In this document: in pieces, positions 1-12,899 of the stretch | How positions within the stretch are numbered: the first letter of the stretch is position 1 | How the letters are laid out: every line of letters begins with the position of its first letter | Assembly: GCF_001194135.2 (NCBI RefSeq) | Contig: NC_068983.1 | Span: forward strand, 131,785,243 to 131,849,242 | Length of the DNA stretch: 64,000 nt | Direction: 5' to 3' | Origin: Octopus bimaculoides | Taxonomy: Eukaryota | Program-made: the position numbers and the translations under genes | Notes under the pieces: generated by a model | Seen by the model: the letters and a program-made list of their open reading frames with translations, nothing else | What the model was told of the DNA's origin: nothing | The model's database searches: none

Positions 1-400
1 TTTCTCTTGTTCTTTTACTGTGGTCGTGCTGGGGTGCAACATTGAAGTTTTTAGTCGAACAAATTGTCTCCAGTACTTATTTACTTCTTTCAAGCCCAAC
101 ACTTAGTCTATCGGAATATTTTGTGGCTTCAGTAAATTGCAGAGGCGTAAACAAACCAATACCGGTTTTCAAGACTAACACAAAGTCACACATACGTAGA
201 TATAAAAAAAACAAAAACGCACACACACAGACACATGTACACAAACACACGCGGGCGCACGCACACATGATTGGTTTCTTTCAATTTTTGTCTGCCCAAT
301 CAATTCACAATACTTTGGTCGTGCAGAGGCTATAGTATCAGACATGTAGTGAGGCTGGACTCGGAACCATGCTGTTGAGATGCTAACATCTTGACACCTA
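1..400 (-). mobile_element. tRNA-derived SINE, family A (long, central CA/GT microsatellite), decayed
   Basis: Matches other window copies (29084-29487, 30385-30600, 31430-31595): ttttagtcgaacaaattg...cagtacttat, then microsatellite, then ttctttcaattttt...gctatagta...ggactcggaaccatg. Confidence 0.75.
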
Positions 401-681
401 CGCATATGTATATAAGTGTATAGAATACATTTATCAAATGTAACATCTAACTTTTGGTACTGATCGTAACAAGAAATTCTTTTGTCTAATAATTCCTTAA
501 ATGTTAAACTTTTATTTATATTTACCACATGAAGATAAAAACAATATATATCTCACATAATAGCATACCTCTTTTACTCTCAGGTAATCTCTCTTTCTCT
601 TTCTGTCTGTCTCGCTCTCTCCTTCCTTCCTCTATTTCTCTCTATGTATATGTGTGTGTATATGTGTATGTTTCTGTGAAG

Positions 682-810
<129 letters not shown>

Positions 811-869
811 CATACACACACATATACTCACGCATAAACATACGGGAATGAACTTGTGATCTTGACAGG

Positions 870-1345
870 TCACTTAGAATGAATAAAATCAGATCTAAAT
901 GTCTGAGAGGCAGTATTTTGAATTTATAACCGTGAATTAAAGAAAATATATATTGTTTCGTCAAACAGCTGTGACAGGGATTGGAGAAGAGTGTGTGATT
1001 CGGTTGATTAAATGGAGAACTAGGCAGGCGGAGAGATCTGTAAGTACACAAATGGTAGGACAGACTATGGTGATGGAGAAGATGAAGTGTGCACAGTGAC
1101 AAAACGGTAAAGGTGGAGGATGCCATTTTAAATTCTATTGGTGATAGTGATACATGAATAGTCATTAAGAAATAGCGAGTATAATCTTAGTGGAGATGTC
1201 GACAATGAGAGTGTGAGCGGGATTTTGGTGCTGATGGCTAGGGGTCGAATGTGGGAAAGACCTGATAGGTGAAGGAGGTTGTTGGCGGAGGCGGACCAAG
1301 GGGTGTTGGTTAAGGAAGTGTGAGTAATGTGATTGAAGACTAAGA
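870..1345 (-). mobile_element. Decayed CR1/L2-like LINE 3' fragment
   Basis: Frameshifted minus-strand peptides (...HTLIVDISTK..YSLFLND..IHVSLSPIEFKMASSTF) loosely fit the LINE C-terminal pattern WN.LP..V..S...FK; similarity is weak. Confidence 0.35.
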
Positions 1346-1373
1346 AACACAGACATAGTACAATCGTAGATAT

Positions 1374-1384
<11 letters not shown>

Positions 1385-1445
<61 letters not shown>
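1385..1445. repeat. (CA)n(TA)n compound microsatellite
   Basis: Direct reading. Confidence 0.98.
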
Positions 1446-1448
<3 letters not shown>

Positions 1449-2007
1449 AGTAAAAATAAATACAAAAAAGGTGGGTTTTTTTGTATGATTGTGTATAGAG
1501 GAATATATTATTTTGCTTAAAAGAGTTCCAATACTGTCTGTTTTTTATGTTTTATTTATATTCCTGCAGAACTAATGTGGGGTATAGAATATGGAATATA
1601 CAATATATAATATGATATACAATATANNNNNNNNNNNNNNNNNNNNNNNNNNNNNNNNNNNNNNNNNNNNNNNNNNNNNNNNNNNNNNNNNNNNNNNNNN
1701 NNNNNNNNNNNNNNNNNNNNNNNNNNNNNNNNNNNNNNNNNNNNNNNNNNNNNNNNNNNNNNNNNNNNNNNNNNNNNNNNNNNNNNNNNNNNNNNNNNNN
1801 NNNNNNNNNNNNNNNNNNNNNNNNNNNNNNNNNNNNNNNNNNNNNNNNNNNNNNNNNNNNNNNNNNNNNNNNNNNNNNNNNNNNNNNNNNNNNNNNNNNN
1901 NNNNNNNNNNNNNNNNNNNNNNNNNNNNNNNNNNNNNNNNNNNNNNNNNNNNNNNNNNNNNNNNNNNNNNNNNNNNNNNNNNNNNNNNNNNNNNNNGATG
2001 GATTTAA

Positions 2008-2400
2008 TCATTGTTTGTTAAGAGTGGGTTTGAATTTCTTAATAAAGTCCTTTTCTTTGCATTTTCTTTCAATTTCATTCCGGTTGTAAAGTTTATGGAA
2101 TGGAAATATAATAAAAGTTTGATGACCACATGTTGCTAGATGGTTACTCAGTGGTATTTGGCGGACTTCTGGGTTTTTAATCTGTTGTCGATGTACCCGT
2201 GAGCGTTCCGATAGTGCATTACCTGTCTGGCCAACGTACAATTCTTCACAATTAGGGCATTTGATGCAGTAGATTAGATTTCTACTTTTGCAGTTCATGT
2301 TCGCATTGGTGAATATTTTCCCTGTTTTTGTGTTCATATATGGGCCGGTATGGATTGATCGGCATGTGCCGCATCGGCTATCATTGCATTTGGCTATCAA
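2008..2400 (-). mobile_element. Penelope-like element: Cys-rich linker plus GIY-YIG endonuclease, 5'-truncated, frame open
   Basis: KCNDSRCGTC linker; NLIYCIKC...LYVGQT (GIY-YIG); LSERSRVH; KEKDFIKKFKPTLN C-terminal motif. Confidence 0.88.
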
Positions 2401-2780
2401 GCAAAATAATATATATATATATATATACGGTCACGGATTCACACACAGACACACACATACACACACATGCAGAAATACACACAGACACGCACATATTGAT
2501 ACAGGGAATAGAACAAAATCCCTCTTACGCACGCGCACACACATACACATAAACGGGAAAATACGTACATTTGTGAATGTATGCGTGTGGCTTACAAAGA
2601 CGACCTGGTTAACTCAACCAAAGAGCAAATAAGCTTGTATAAAATGTAAAAACGCGTTCCTACATCAACCTTTTTACTGACACTGTACAGCGTCACATTC
2701 TCTATCCCCATGCACCAGCTCTATAGTGTTCATCTATTCTTTATCAACATAAAAAAGGCATTTATATATGTATATATATA

Positions 2781-3298
2781 TGTAGGTAGTAAGTATATAC
2801 ACCACTCACTACACCTGATTACGCGAATCCCTACAATATTAACCCAGACGATAATAATTGTAACTAGTCACGACTTCACCTAGAGCCTGCTCTAGCAATG
2901 CTTCCATCCATTCGCGCCTTTTTCTCTGAACCTATCATTCAGTACATACCTAGCACATCTTATTTACTCGACCGAGAGCATTGACAGACACCATAAGAGA
3001 CGTCGAACAGAGATAAGAGACGGCAGCTGACTCGAGCTGACACCAACCACAACGAACAATTGGCGACAGCAACACGACGACCAGCATCTACTACAATTAC
3101 ACCAAAAGCAATAACACTCAAACTCTCGATGTTTTGTAGTAACAATAGTATTTACCTCTTGCTTACTTGAACAATAAACATTTTGTTTTTCATAAATCTC
3201 AACAGCTTTTGTCGTCTACTTCTTCGTAAGACACACACACACACGCATAAGCACACACACACACACACACACACAAACATACACACAACACACTAACA
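2781..3298 (+). mobile_element. Possible solo LTR or unclassified repeat
   Basis: About 500 bp, more GC-rich than flanks, begins TG, ends CA, AATAAA near 3173; no partner LTR or TSD verified. Confidence 0.22.
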
Positions 3299-3751
3299 CA
3301 TTAAGCTAGCGTTAATTTATATCGAGTATCAGTTTCCACAACCAATTTAATGTGGATGTGTTATTTTAAACGCCTTAAGCTCTGTAATTCTCGTTAGAAT
3401 TCAACTTGCAGAGACTTAAGGTGCTAAATTGCACACATTATATCGGCAGACAGAATTGTATCAACACCGGTGGATGTGTTTATTATCATACGTTACAAAC
3501 GCTGATTCCGTCGTTAATTGCCAATTTTAATACACATCCCACTCAAGACAAGCATATTAAGGATCAGTAGAACAGTACATTTTGAACTGTTTACAAGGAA
3601 AGGGAAAAACTTAAGCTTAATATTTAGGAAACACATCCAATTCTATGAGATACATTAATCAAATAAACTTCTTATTAATAGTAAAACATTAAAAAGAAAA
3701 ATAATTAGATTAAATTTTAAAATGTTATATATATATATATATATATACACA

Positions 3752-3993
3752 CACAAGACGAGTGCTGAAAGGTTCCTGACTTTAAGAGTATCGCGAAAGG
3801 CTTCGTTGGAGACCCAACCTTCTGAGTTCTATTACCGGGCTTAGCTAATAAAAAAAAAACTGAAGGACCCCTGCAATAAGTGTGTGAATCTGAGAGAGGT
3901 ATATGTTGAATAAAATCACAATTAACTGAATAACTGATCCACCTGTGTATTCTTTTATTCAAGGTCAGGAACTTTCCAGCCTCACCCCTAGTA
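3752..3993 (+). mobile_element. Mariner-derived MITE
   Basis: Inverted termini gtgctgaaaggttcctgac / gtcaggaactttccagc; internal CNKCVNLREVYVE* resembles a mariner C-terminus; second copy at 60386-60605. Confidence 0.75.
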
Positions 3994-4861
3994 TATATAT
4001 ATATATANNNNNNNNNNNNNNNNNNNNNNNNNNNNNNNNNNNNNNNNNNNNNNNNNNNNNNNNNNNNNNNNNNNNNNNNNNNNNNNNNNNNNNNNNNNNN
4101 NNNNNNNNNNNNNNNNNNNNNNNNNNNNNNNNNNNNNNNNNNNNNNNNNNNNNNNNNNNNNNNNNNNNNNNNNNNNNNNNNNNNNNNNNNNNNNNNNNNN
4201 NNNNNNNNNNNNNNNNNNNNNNNNNNNNNNNNNNNNNNNNNNNNNNNNNNNNNNNNNNNNNNNNNNNNNNNNNNNNNNNNNNNNNNNNNNNNNNNNNNNN
4301 NNNNNNNNNNNNNNNNNNNNNNNNNNNNNNNNNNNNNNNNNNNNNNNNNNNNNNNNNNNNNNNNNNNNNNNNNNNNNNNNNNNNNNNNNNNNNNNNNNNN
4401 NNNNNNNNNNNNNNNNNNNNNNNNNNNNNNNNNNNNNNNNNNNNNNNNNNNNNNNNNNNNNNNNNNNNNNNNNNNNNNNNNNNNNNNNNNNNNNNNNNNN
4501 NNNNNNNNNNNNNNNNNNNNNNNNNNNNNNNNNNNNNNNNNNNNNNNNNNNNNNNNNNNNNNNNNNNNNNNNNNNNNNNNNNNNNNNNNNNNNNNNNNNN
4601 NNNNNNNNNNNNNNNNNNNNNNNNNNNNNNNNNNNNNNNNNNNNNNNNNNNNNNNNNNNNNNNNNNNNNNNNNNNNNNNNNNNNNNNNNNNNNNNNNNNN
4701 NNNNNNNNNNNNNNNNNNNNNNNNNNNNNNNNNNNNNNNNNNNNNNNNNNNNNNNNNNNNNNNNNNNNNNNNNNNNNNNNNNNNNNNNNNNNNNNNNNNN
4801 NNNNNNNNNNNNNNNNNNNNNNNNNNNNNNNNNNNNNNNNNNNNNNNNNNNNNNNNNNNNN

Positions 4862-4899
<38 letters not shown>

Positions 4900-4904
4900 G
4901 CTAA

Positions 4905-5520
4905 ACACACCAGGGTCAATAGAATCCCGTAAAAACCATCATACTCCTAAGTCCGGCACGTGCTTCCTAAAGCTACCACACTTTCAGGACAGAACTACCG
5001 CAGCGATACAACACGCAGGCAGTAAATAGTGCACACCGACCCTTCCCTGAGAAAAGTTCCGTCCAAGAACAACACCTTTCACTATTCAGAGGAGTGCAAA
5101 TTATCGTACTGCCCCATCAATGACCGTGAATTGTGCCAGAGGATCTATGTTGTATACAAGATCATCTGTGGTAAATGTGGTGCATCCTACATAGGAATCA
5201 CAAGAAGAAAACTTCATATACGTATAAAACATGCAAGCAGACACTCCCGTGAAGAAACATCTACGGAAATACCAAACCTAGGAATTAGCAGTGCACATCA
5301 GGACAACACAGCAGAACAGGGGCAACCTTAACATCTCTGAGGCCACCCTCATACACCAAAGAAAACAAAACATCAACAATGGAAGAGAGTTACAGAGAGC
5401 TAGCTGGTTGCTATAGCAACGCCATTCCGCGCATGTCCACTCCACACGCACACACATCGGCAACATTCGTCAGCTTCTTGAAAATGATGCCATGATCCCG
5501 AAATATTGAATGCAAGGTAA
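4905..5520 (+). mobile_element. Penelope-like element 3' fragment (GIY-YIG), decayed, different family from 2008-2400
   Basis: FLKLPHF linker; CPINDRELCQRIYVVYKIICGKCGASYIGITRRKLHIRIKH. Confidence 0.75.
5472..5514 (+). ncRNA. Degenerate minimal hammerhead-like motif
   Basis: gcttc-TTGAAAA-tgatgccatgatccc-GAAA-tat-t-gaatgc; two core changes versus CUGANGA; immediately 3' of a PLE GIY-YIG. Confidence 0.2.
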
Positions 5521-6246
5521 GTGTACAATAATTCATATATTTGTTTTCTAGGGATTTGCTTTGCATTTACTTCACATCGTTCTGACCATACCCACGATCT
5601 TTTCTACAATATATTCTACAAAATGCTTCATAATAATTATTCCAATATGGTATGTATATATACATATATNNNNNNNNNNNNNNNNNNNNNNNNNNNNNNN
5701 NNNNNNNNNNNNNNNNNNNNNNNNNNNNNNNNNNNNNNNNNNNNNNNNNNNNNNNNNNNNNNNNNNNNNNNNNNNNNNNNNNNNNNNNNNNNNNNNNNNN
5801 NNNNNNNNNNNNNNNNNNNNNNNNNNNNNNNNNNNNNNNNNNNNNNNNNNNNNNNNNNNNNNNNNNNNNNNNNNNNNNNNNNNNNNNNNNNNNNNNNNNN
5901 NNNNNNNNNNNNNNNNNNNNNNNNNNNNNNNNNNNNNNNNNNNNNNNNNNNNNNNNNNNNNNNNNNNNNNNNNNNNNNNNNNNNNNNNNNNNNNNNNNNN
6001 NNNNNNNNNNNNNNNNNNNNNNNNNNNNNNNNNNNNNNNNNNNNNNNNNNNNNNNNNNNNNNNNNNNNNNNNNNNNNNNNNNNNNNNNNNNNNNNNNNNN
6101 NNNNNNNNNNNNNNNNNNNNNNNNNNNNNNNNNNNNNNNNNNNNNNNNNNNNNNTATATATATATGCATATATGTATGTGCGTGCGTGCGCATGTGTGCA
6201 TGTATGTGTGCGTGTGTGTGTGTATGCATATTTGGATAAGGGCACT

Positions 6247-6296
<50 letters not shown>

Positions 6297-7589
6297 AATA
6301 TATATATATACATACAAATACGTTTACATGCAGACAAATACGCATACAGTAACTTACGGAATAACTGACAGAACGAAATACCATTAGATGGAAGCAATTT
6401 CTATGAAACAACTATATTACAGACAAATATTTGAAAATATACAATATATAACAAAGAACTTCAATAAAATGTTATATTTTGCTTGCATATCTGACGCGAA
6501 TAATTTCTAAATATCAAAGTTTGTATGAAATATATTCTCTATTAATCATTTCTTTCATGTTCTAATGCTATAGTTTTAAATAATAAAAGTTTAACCTGTC
6601 AGGAGCCAATATTAAAGTAAGCTCTTTGCTGAAAGCTGGAATTTGTTCAAATAGAAGCTACGTCTCCTCAAAATTATAATCTACCACCTTCGATAAGGAT
6701 ACAAGAAATTAGCCCAAAACATTTAAAAACTGATGGCTTCGCTGGGGAGAGCATGTCTTTTGTCAGCGTTGATTTGATGCTACACTAAAAATTAAATACA
6801 TCGAACGATTAGGTTTGTAGACGTTTTGAAGATAGAAGTCAAATCTCTACAAAATGATATCCTCTCTTCTATGAGAAAAGGACATGTTGCATAACGTAAT
6901 TGTCGGTAGACATTGGCATTGTATATAACAGATGTAATGTGTGTTTTTACTACTAATAATAGTTGTTACAGAGGAAACAAACAACGACTGCAACAACACC
7001 ACTGCATCCAGATAGGTTAAAATATTATCTTTTGAAACAAAAGTATTATAGCATGAAAGGAATAATTAATGGAGAATATATTTTATACAAACTTTGATAT
7101 TTAGATATTATCCGAGCCAAATTTGCAAGCAATATATACATTGATAGGTGGAATCAGTCACTGCAGAACAACTACACTATATGCATTCATAACCGATGAC
7201 TGTACAATCACTGCCAAATATCATGTACATCTACATTACATCTAGAATACTCAGTAACAATGAAATCATAGAAACTAAGTTTTAGTAGATCATAAAAGTG
7301 TCATATACAAGTAAGTATCAAGGTCATTAATGACCCATTAAACTCAATGTCCGTACGAAGATTGTACATCAATGAAAATCTCAGGGTCAGCAGAGTCCAA
7401 ATTAAACGGTGGCAAGTCATATTTGGAAGAATTAATCCGTGGTTCACTTTTAGACTATTGGCCGATTCCTGACCGTATAAGTGCTAAAAAAAACCTGCCA
7501 AATGTCTCTCAACTTATACCATAAGATCAACTATAATTGACAATGTAATTCTCATTATATAATGATTTCAAATTTTGGCACGAGATCAG

Positions 7590-7760
7590 CAATGTTAAAG
7601 GATTGGGTTAATCGATTATATTGATCCCTGTGCTCGACTGGTACTTACAACCCAGATGGATAACAAGTAAAGTCGACCTCGATGGAATTTGAACTCAAAA
7701 GGTATCGACATGCCGCTAAGAATTTTGCTCGAAATACTAAAGATTTTGCCAGTCGGCCGT
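7590..7760 (-). mobile_element. tRNA-derived SINE, family B (short)
   Basis: ctggtactta...aagtcgacctcgatggaatttgaactc...gccgctaagaatttt; the B-box-like gagttcaaattcc reads on the minus strand. Confidence 0.75.
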
Positions 7761-7899
7761 CTTATATTCAGATTATATTATCTAACGAAAAGACATTCAT
7801 CACAAGAAAAAGAATTGAGTAAAGTTCCATTGCATGACCTTTGTTTCCACAATCAGCACAGATGTTTCAGCGAAACAACATGAAGAACGACGACAAAGC

Positions 7900-8070
7900 T
7901 TTGAAAGATATTGGTTTCAAATATTGGCACAGGGTCCTTTACCTCGACCGACAGTATTCAGCTGGTATTTATCTTAGCGTTCACGAAGGGACCGAAACGA
8001 AAATCGATCCTGTCGGAAGGTGAGGACGGTCAAAATGCCGATAAGCATTTCGATTCCACCGGCTCTCTAC
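7900..8070 (-). mobile_element. SINE family B, strongly decayed
   Basis: gctggtatttatc...aaatcgatcctgtcggaa...aaaatgccgataagcatttcg. Confidence 0.55.
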
Positions 8071-9749
8071 CTAAAATCATAAAAAAATACAGCACCTATT
8101 TAAAAAAAAAAACTATAATATTGAGTGGCACAATGCGTAAACCATTACACAAAATACGTCTTTTTACTTTCATAGTTCGAATTGAATTGGTGGCTATTTT
8201 GTTCCTTCTAGCATTAATAAAATCAGCAGAGAAAAATAATTTATGCATCACATTCTGCCATTATACCCTGATTTCATTGACTTATATGAAACACACTTTA
8301 TCTTTACACAATACTGAACATGGATTTAGTTTTTCTAAGGACAAAATGCAATATATTTTGGAGGTTTATTATGGAAAGTTGTGTTTTTCTTTTCTCCAAA
8401 GTCATTATACAGCGTAACACCATTTTCATCCTTGGGTAGCAACTACTATTTCCTATTTGCTTACGCCTAAAAAGTATGGAAAATGACTATTTCCTTCCAA
8501 CTTTGCTTTTGTTACATTCATTAAAATCCCTAAGAATCCCCCTCTCAACATATGGCTATGATGCTCCTCTAATACTCCTGCTCATGATCAGAGATGCTCA
8601 AATGGTTAAGGTCAAGCAACTGACAAGCAAATATGTAGTATTGAGCAGAATATTTGCTATAACGATATTTCTGCTTCAGCAACTCAGCACTGAATCTGCC
8701 TGAAATGTAATGGAAAATAAAACAGTCTCAAAATTAATGATGCCCAGGTCACAAAACCAAATTTTGAAGTGAAGAGTAGTCATCTCTTTTGATTTCTAGA
8801 TAGAACCAAATAGGAAATAACATTTACTGACAAAAGACAAAACAAAAATTTAAGATTTTGTTACACAGTGTTATTAACGATGTAAAACCCATGAACCTCA
8901 ATCATATCTCCCACACAGTTAAGTCCAGTTCTGCGACACAACGGTTTATATCTCATATAAACTTATTTAGTTTTCTCATTGACACACGTTCAAGCACAGT
9001 ATGTTCGAGGTAGTTGAGGTAGGCTTTAATATTCAAATTTGAACCCGTGTATGAATGAGGAAATAAAAAGTGAAGTGTGATTTGAATTCAAAATTGAACG
9101 AAAGAAAGTACATACTCTATTCGAAGACGTATTAATACAGTATCCTACGATCTTTGCCAACTCCGCCGCCTGAAAAGAGGAGCAAAAAAGAGACGACTAT
9201 AAAAAATGTCATATGGACAAGTGTATATAGCTATATCTCTTCAAGTGTACGTAATGATTCTGATTTTGTCTTGAAGCATATGGAAAATTATCTATTTTGA
9301 TATCATAGTTCTTTCGATATAACTTTGTTTGCAAATAAATTATTGGATTTCTGTGAGAGGTTGTTTGCATCTATTTATCGCGCAACAATAAACTTATTGA
9401 AGAGAATATGAGAAAACGTGCACAAATACACTAAATCTTTTAGATTCTATAGCAAATAAGTCACACTAGTATTACAAATAGCAATAATAAAAAGAGAATA
9501 TGTGCTCAGTTATTTGAAACCAAACATGATCTATATTGATATTACAATTATTATAACAAGTATTGAAGCCTGTAACGGCGAACATGTTACATTGGCTCTG
9601 TGGAAAATATTTGAAAGTCATAAACGACCTTTTTTTATTTGTCAATAGCATTCTAAGCACGCATTAAGCACTCCGTGTATTTTCTCTTTCTTCCCCTATA
9701 GGTATTTGTTTATTAATCTATCTGTCTCCACTCTGGTGGCAACGCTCAA

Positions 9750-9755
<6 letters not shown>

Positions 9756-9803
<48 letters not shown>
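9756..9803. repeat. (TA)n microsatellite
   Basis: Direct reading. Confidence 0.98.
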
Positions 9804-9808
<5 letters not shown>

Positions 9809-10067
9809 AATGTAGAACTATAATACATACACACACACACGTATATATATATCAGTGCGTGTGAGAGCGCGTGACATGTGTGTAGTTATCAACGATTTGC
9901 ATTAAGCGATGCCTTACTGGAAAAGTTAGATCCACTTTGAGCATGTCTCTTCTTGAGAAGAAAAATGGTAATGGTGAATCTGTATATCCAAATATTTTAA
10001 ATATGTAAAATGATTTTGTGTATAAAAATGTATTAAGAACAAATAATAGTTACACAAGAACAAGTAT

Positions 10068-10500
10068 ATTCTTTTCAACTCTAGGTATTGGGTTGACTGG
10101 AAAGTTCGTGCCGATTTCTAAAGGAAAGAAAAAGGTCAATAAATACTTGCCATTACCTTTTTAATCAACTAAATATGAACCATTTTGTTGCATAAGGCGT
10201 CTCTATATTTCCTTTAACTTGAAAATACCCTCTTCCCAGAATTGAGGTGGTTTCATAGCAAATAAGTCGAAAAGTAAGCTACAATAAATCGGCACGAACT
10301 TTCCGGACAACACAATACAAGGCCCCAAACTTTTGGGGAGGGCCAGTCGATTAGATCAAATGCTACTTAATTTACTGATCCCAAAGGAATGAAAAGGAAA
10401 GTCGACCTCGGCCGAATTTGAACTCAGAACGTTAAAGACAGACGAAATGCCTGTAACCATTTCACCCGCCGTGCTGACGCTTCTGCCAGCTCACCGACTT
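10068..10500 (-). mobile_element. SINE family B, interrupted by a MITE at 10086-10317
   Basis: cttttcaactctagg|ta..ta|caaggccccaaac...gtcgacctcggccgaatttgaactcagaacg...ttctgccagctcacc. Confidence 0.85.
10086..10317 (-). mobile_element. Mariner-derived MITE with 32-bp TIRs and TA duplication
   Basis: TIRs tattgggttgactggaaagttcgtgccgattt / aaatcggcacgaactttccggacaacacaata (3 mismatches); internal AMKPPQFWEEGIFKL...QQNGSYLVD* mariner C-terminus. Confidence 0.9.
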
Positions 10501-11008
10501 ACGAGAACAACTCTATTAATTAAGATCAATTTTCATTTACCGCTCATTTCTAAAAAAAGAAACGGTGTGTAATTATAGAGTGCTTTGAAACCATCTAGTC
10601 TGGGTTCACTCTTACTTCATAGTATTTTGGAGTAGTATAACTTACTAAAACCTCAATTTGATGAATACTTTTTACATAAAAAAAACATATAAAAACATAC
10701 ACAATACACACATAAAAACACACCTAAAACACACAAGACACGCATATCCACAAACACACACATCGTACACATATCATTTATAGTTATATCTTGAAATACA
10801 AATAATGCCGTGTCTCTTCGATATATAAATGTATTTTCCCATGGATGGCTGATTAGCCAAGCCATAAGCATGTGAATATTTTGCGTGTAATTTTTCATTT
10901 AAATCTACTAATAAATACTGAATTGCTCCACTGTGAATATGAATACATGCAAACACATATATGTGAGCACATTTGCCCCTGTGTGTATGGCTGTGTTTGT
11001 GTGTGTGA

Positions 11009-11014
<6 letters not shown>

Positions 11015-11092
<78 letters not shown>
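11015..11092. repeat. (TA)n(TG)n microsatellite
   Basis: Direct reading. Confidence 0.98.
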
Positions 11093-11094
<2 letters not shown>

Positions 11095-11099
11095 TTACA

Positions 11100-11690
11100 C
11101 TAATGTGGAACGAGGAAAGGTATACTCAAATAGGATTGTCCTTTATTTATGTCCCAAAGATATATTTCCCATTATGTCAACATCGACTTAATATTTTGTA
11201 CATTTCTAAAACGATGAAATAAATATCCAACATAGTATTGAAATTGATTAAAAATCCATTAAAAGGTTTGTCGCTGCATCACCGCAATAACCCAAAGGAG
11301 AAGAAAAATCATTGGATTAGAAACGCTCCGAGAAAAAGATTATTTTCTTCCCAGTAAGTTTCGATTGCTGCTTTTTCTTCCGAAAAAATTGTCAAATCCG
11401 ATGCAACAAATCTATCATCAAAGAATTCTGACCTTGGTAATATTTTTCTTTTGATATTCAGGACTGTGTTATCTAATGTGTTTACACTATTTTAGAATTC
11501 TAGTAAGTGATTGTGGTATGAGTTATAACTATTTCTGGCAAATAAGTAGATCGACTACTATTGCCTCATAAAATGTGTTTATATGACGTGATGTGTTAAA
11601 CGTAAGCACTCAGGTCAAGTGTTGTTTGCCTTTTAGTCGTAGATAAATCGTTTCTTCAAACGTTTAATACGATTTGATATTTGAATAAGT
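11100..11690 (-). pseudogene. Possible decayed LRR / membrane-receptor remnant (distal part)
   Basis: Fragmentary TTLDLS (about 11607-11626) and hydrophobic IFLLLWVIAVM (about 11275-11312); many stops. Confidence 0.2.
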
Positions 11691-11694
11691 TATT

Positions 11695-11850
11695 CTTTTC
11701 TACTGTAGGCACTAGGCCCCAAATTTTTGGAGAGGGGGCCAGTCGATTAGATCAACCCCAGCACGCATCTGGTACGTAATTTATCGACCCCAAAGAATAA
11801 AAGGCAAAGTCGACCTCGGTAGAATTTGAACTCAGAACGTAAAGACAGAC
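11695..11850 (-). mobile_element. SINE family B, head truncated at the Tx1 junction
   Basis: ggggccagtcgattagatcaaccccagcacgcatctggtacg...gaatttgaactcagaacgtaaagacagac, then an abrupt switch. Confidence 0.88.
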
Positions 11851-12895
11851 TAATTACTAATTTATTTATTGCCCACCAGGGGCTAATCATTGAAATGGAC
11901 AGAACAACTGATGGGATCAGTAAATCGGTATGATTTTTATGACTTTTATGACTTTTAAAAATTAAATAAAATATATAAAAAAATCGAATGAAATTAACAA
12001 TACAAGGACAATATAAATAAAGCGATGATCAGGTCACGCTCCAGCCCCACAAGCCCCGATCTTTCGCTGGTAAGTTTTTGTTCTTTCTTTCCGTCTATTC
12101 ACAGGGTTCCTTGCACGCCCAACACTCGTGCAACATGCTTCAATCTCTTTTGGAACGTACACTCCGGCAGACATCTCTTCTCCAGCCACACCTTCCTTTG
12201 TAAATGAAAAGTAAAAAATGATCGAAAATTGTGGCCAGAGATAAAGTTGCCTGTCTTAATTCCTTTTATTCTAGTCTTCCATACTGTCTCTTTCGCTATT
12301 GCTACAACCGCGAGAAACCAATTCTTACCTTCGTTTGTTAAAAACTCCCGGTGGGTCAATTTGATAATTGAGTCAGTCGACAGCTGTATTCTTCCTTCAC
12401 CGGACAACAGGTGTTCAGCATAAGCCCACATTTCAGATATCTCCAGACACTGAACAATAGCGTGAGGGACGGTTTCCCCGTCTCCCCCGCATTTTGGACA
12501 GGTCGGCGACTGACGCTTAAGGACTTTTGGAAGTTGCTCAACGTTCTCAACCCGAATATACGGTGAAACAGGCTGTCCAGTTGAATAAACTCGAGACTTA
12601 GAGTCGCCCCTAGGCCATCATCGCATTCAGACTCTACCAACCCACTATATAAAATCCGTGTGGAACCCCCACCGCTGGCGTTGTCCGAGCGCCGGAATAG
12701 CAAGAGGGCCTTACGGCACTCTTTATGCCATTCACTCTACCTCGGTCTACGAGAACATCAGGCTTCCTGTTCGCAAAAACTTTTGTACTCGGGGAACATT
12801 TGTCTGGCCAGCGGAGACAACACCCGTTCACTATCCAGGAGAATCCAGAGGTGCCTCAATCTCAACGCGTGCCTTAGATTTTAAGGTTATGCATA
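11851..12895 (-). mobile_element. L1/Tx1-clade LINE 3' fragment (ORF2 C-terminus with CCHC knuckle, and 3' UTR)
   Basis: SPTCPKCGGDGETVPHAIVQC zinc knuckle followed by LEISEMWAYAEHLLS...AVVAIAKETVWKTR...HLQRKVWLEK; GC-richer than flanks. Confidence 0.8.
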
Positions 12896-12899
12896 TCTA

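Noticed and set aside
8465-8699. Candidate minus-strand exon with a good acceptor (ttttccattacatttcag) and donor (gc|gtaagc)
   Set aside because: All three frames contain stops within the 235 nt, and the peptide RFSAELLKQKY... is not recognised. It could only be a non-coding or terminal exon, and there is no further support.
6560-9420. Scattered TIR-like peptide snippets (e.g. MFWANFL, SDFVLKHM)
   Set aside because: They are too short and unordered, so chance matches are likely.
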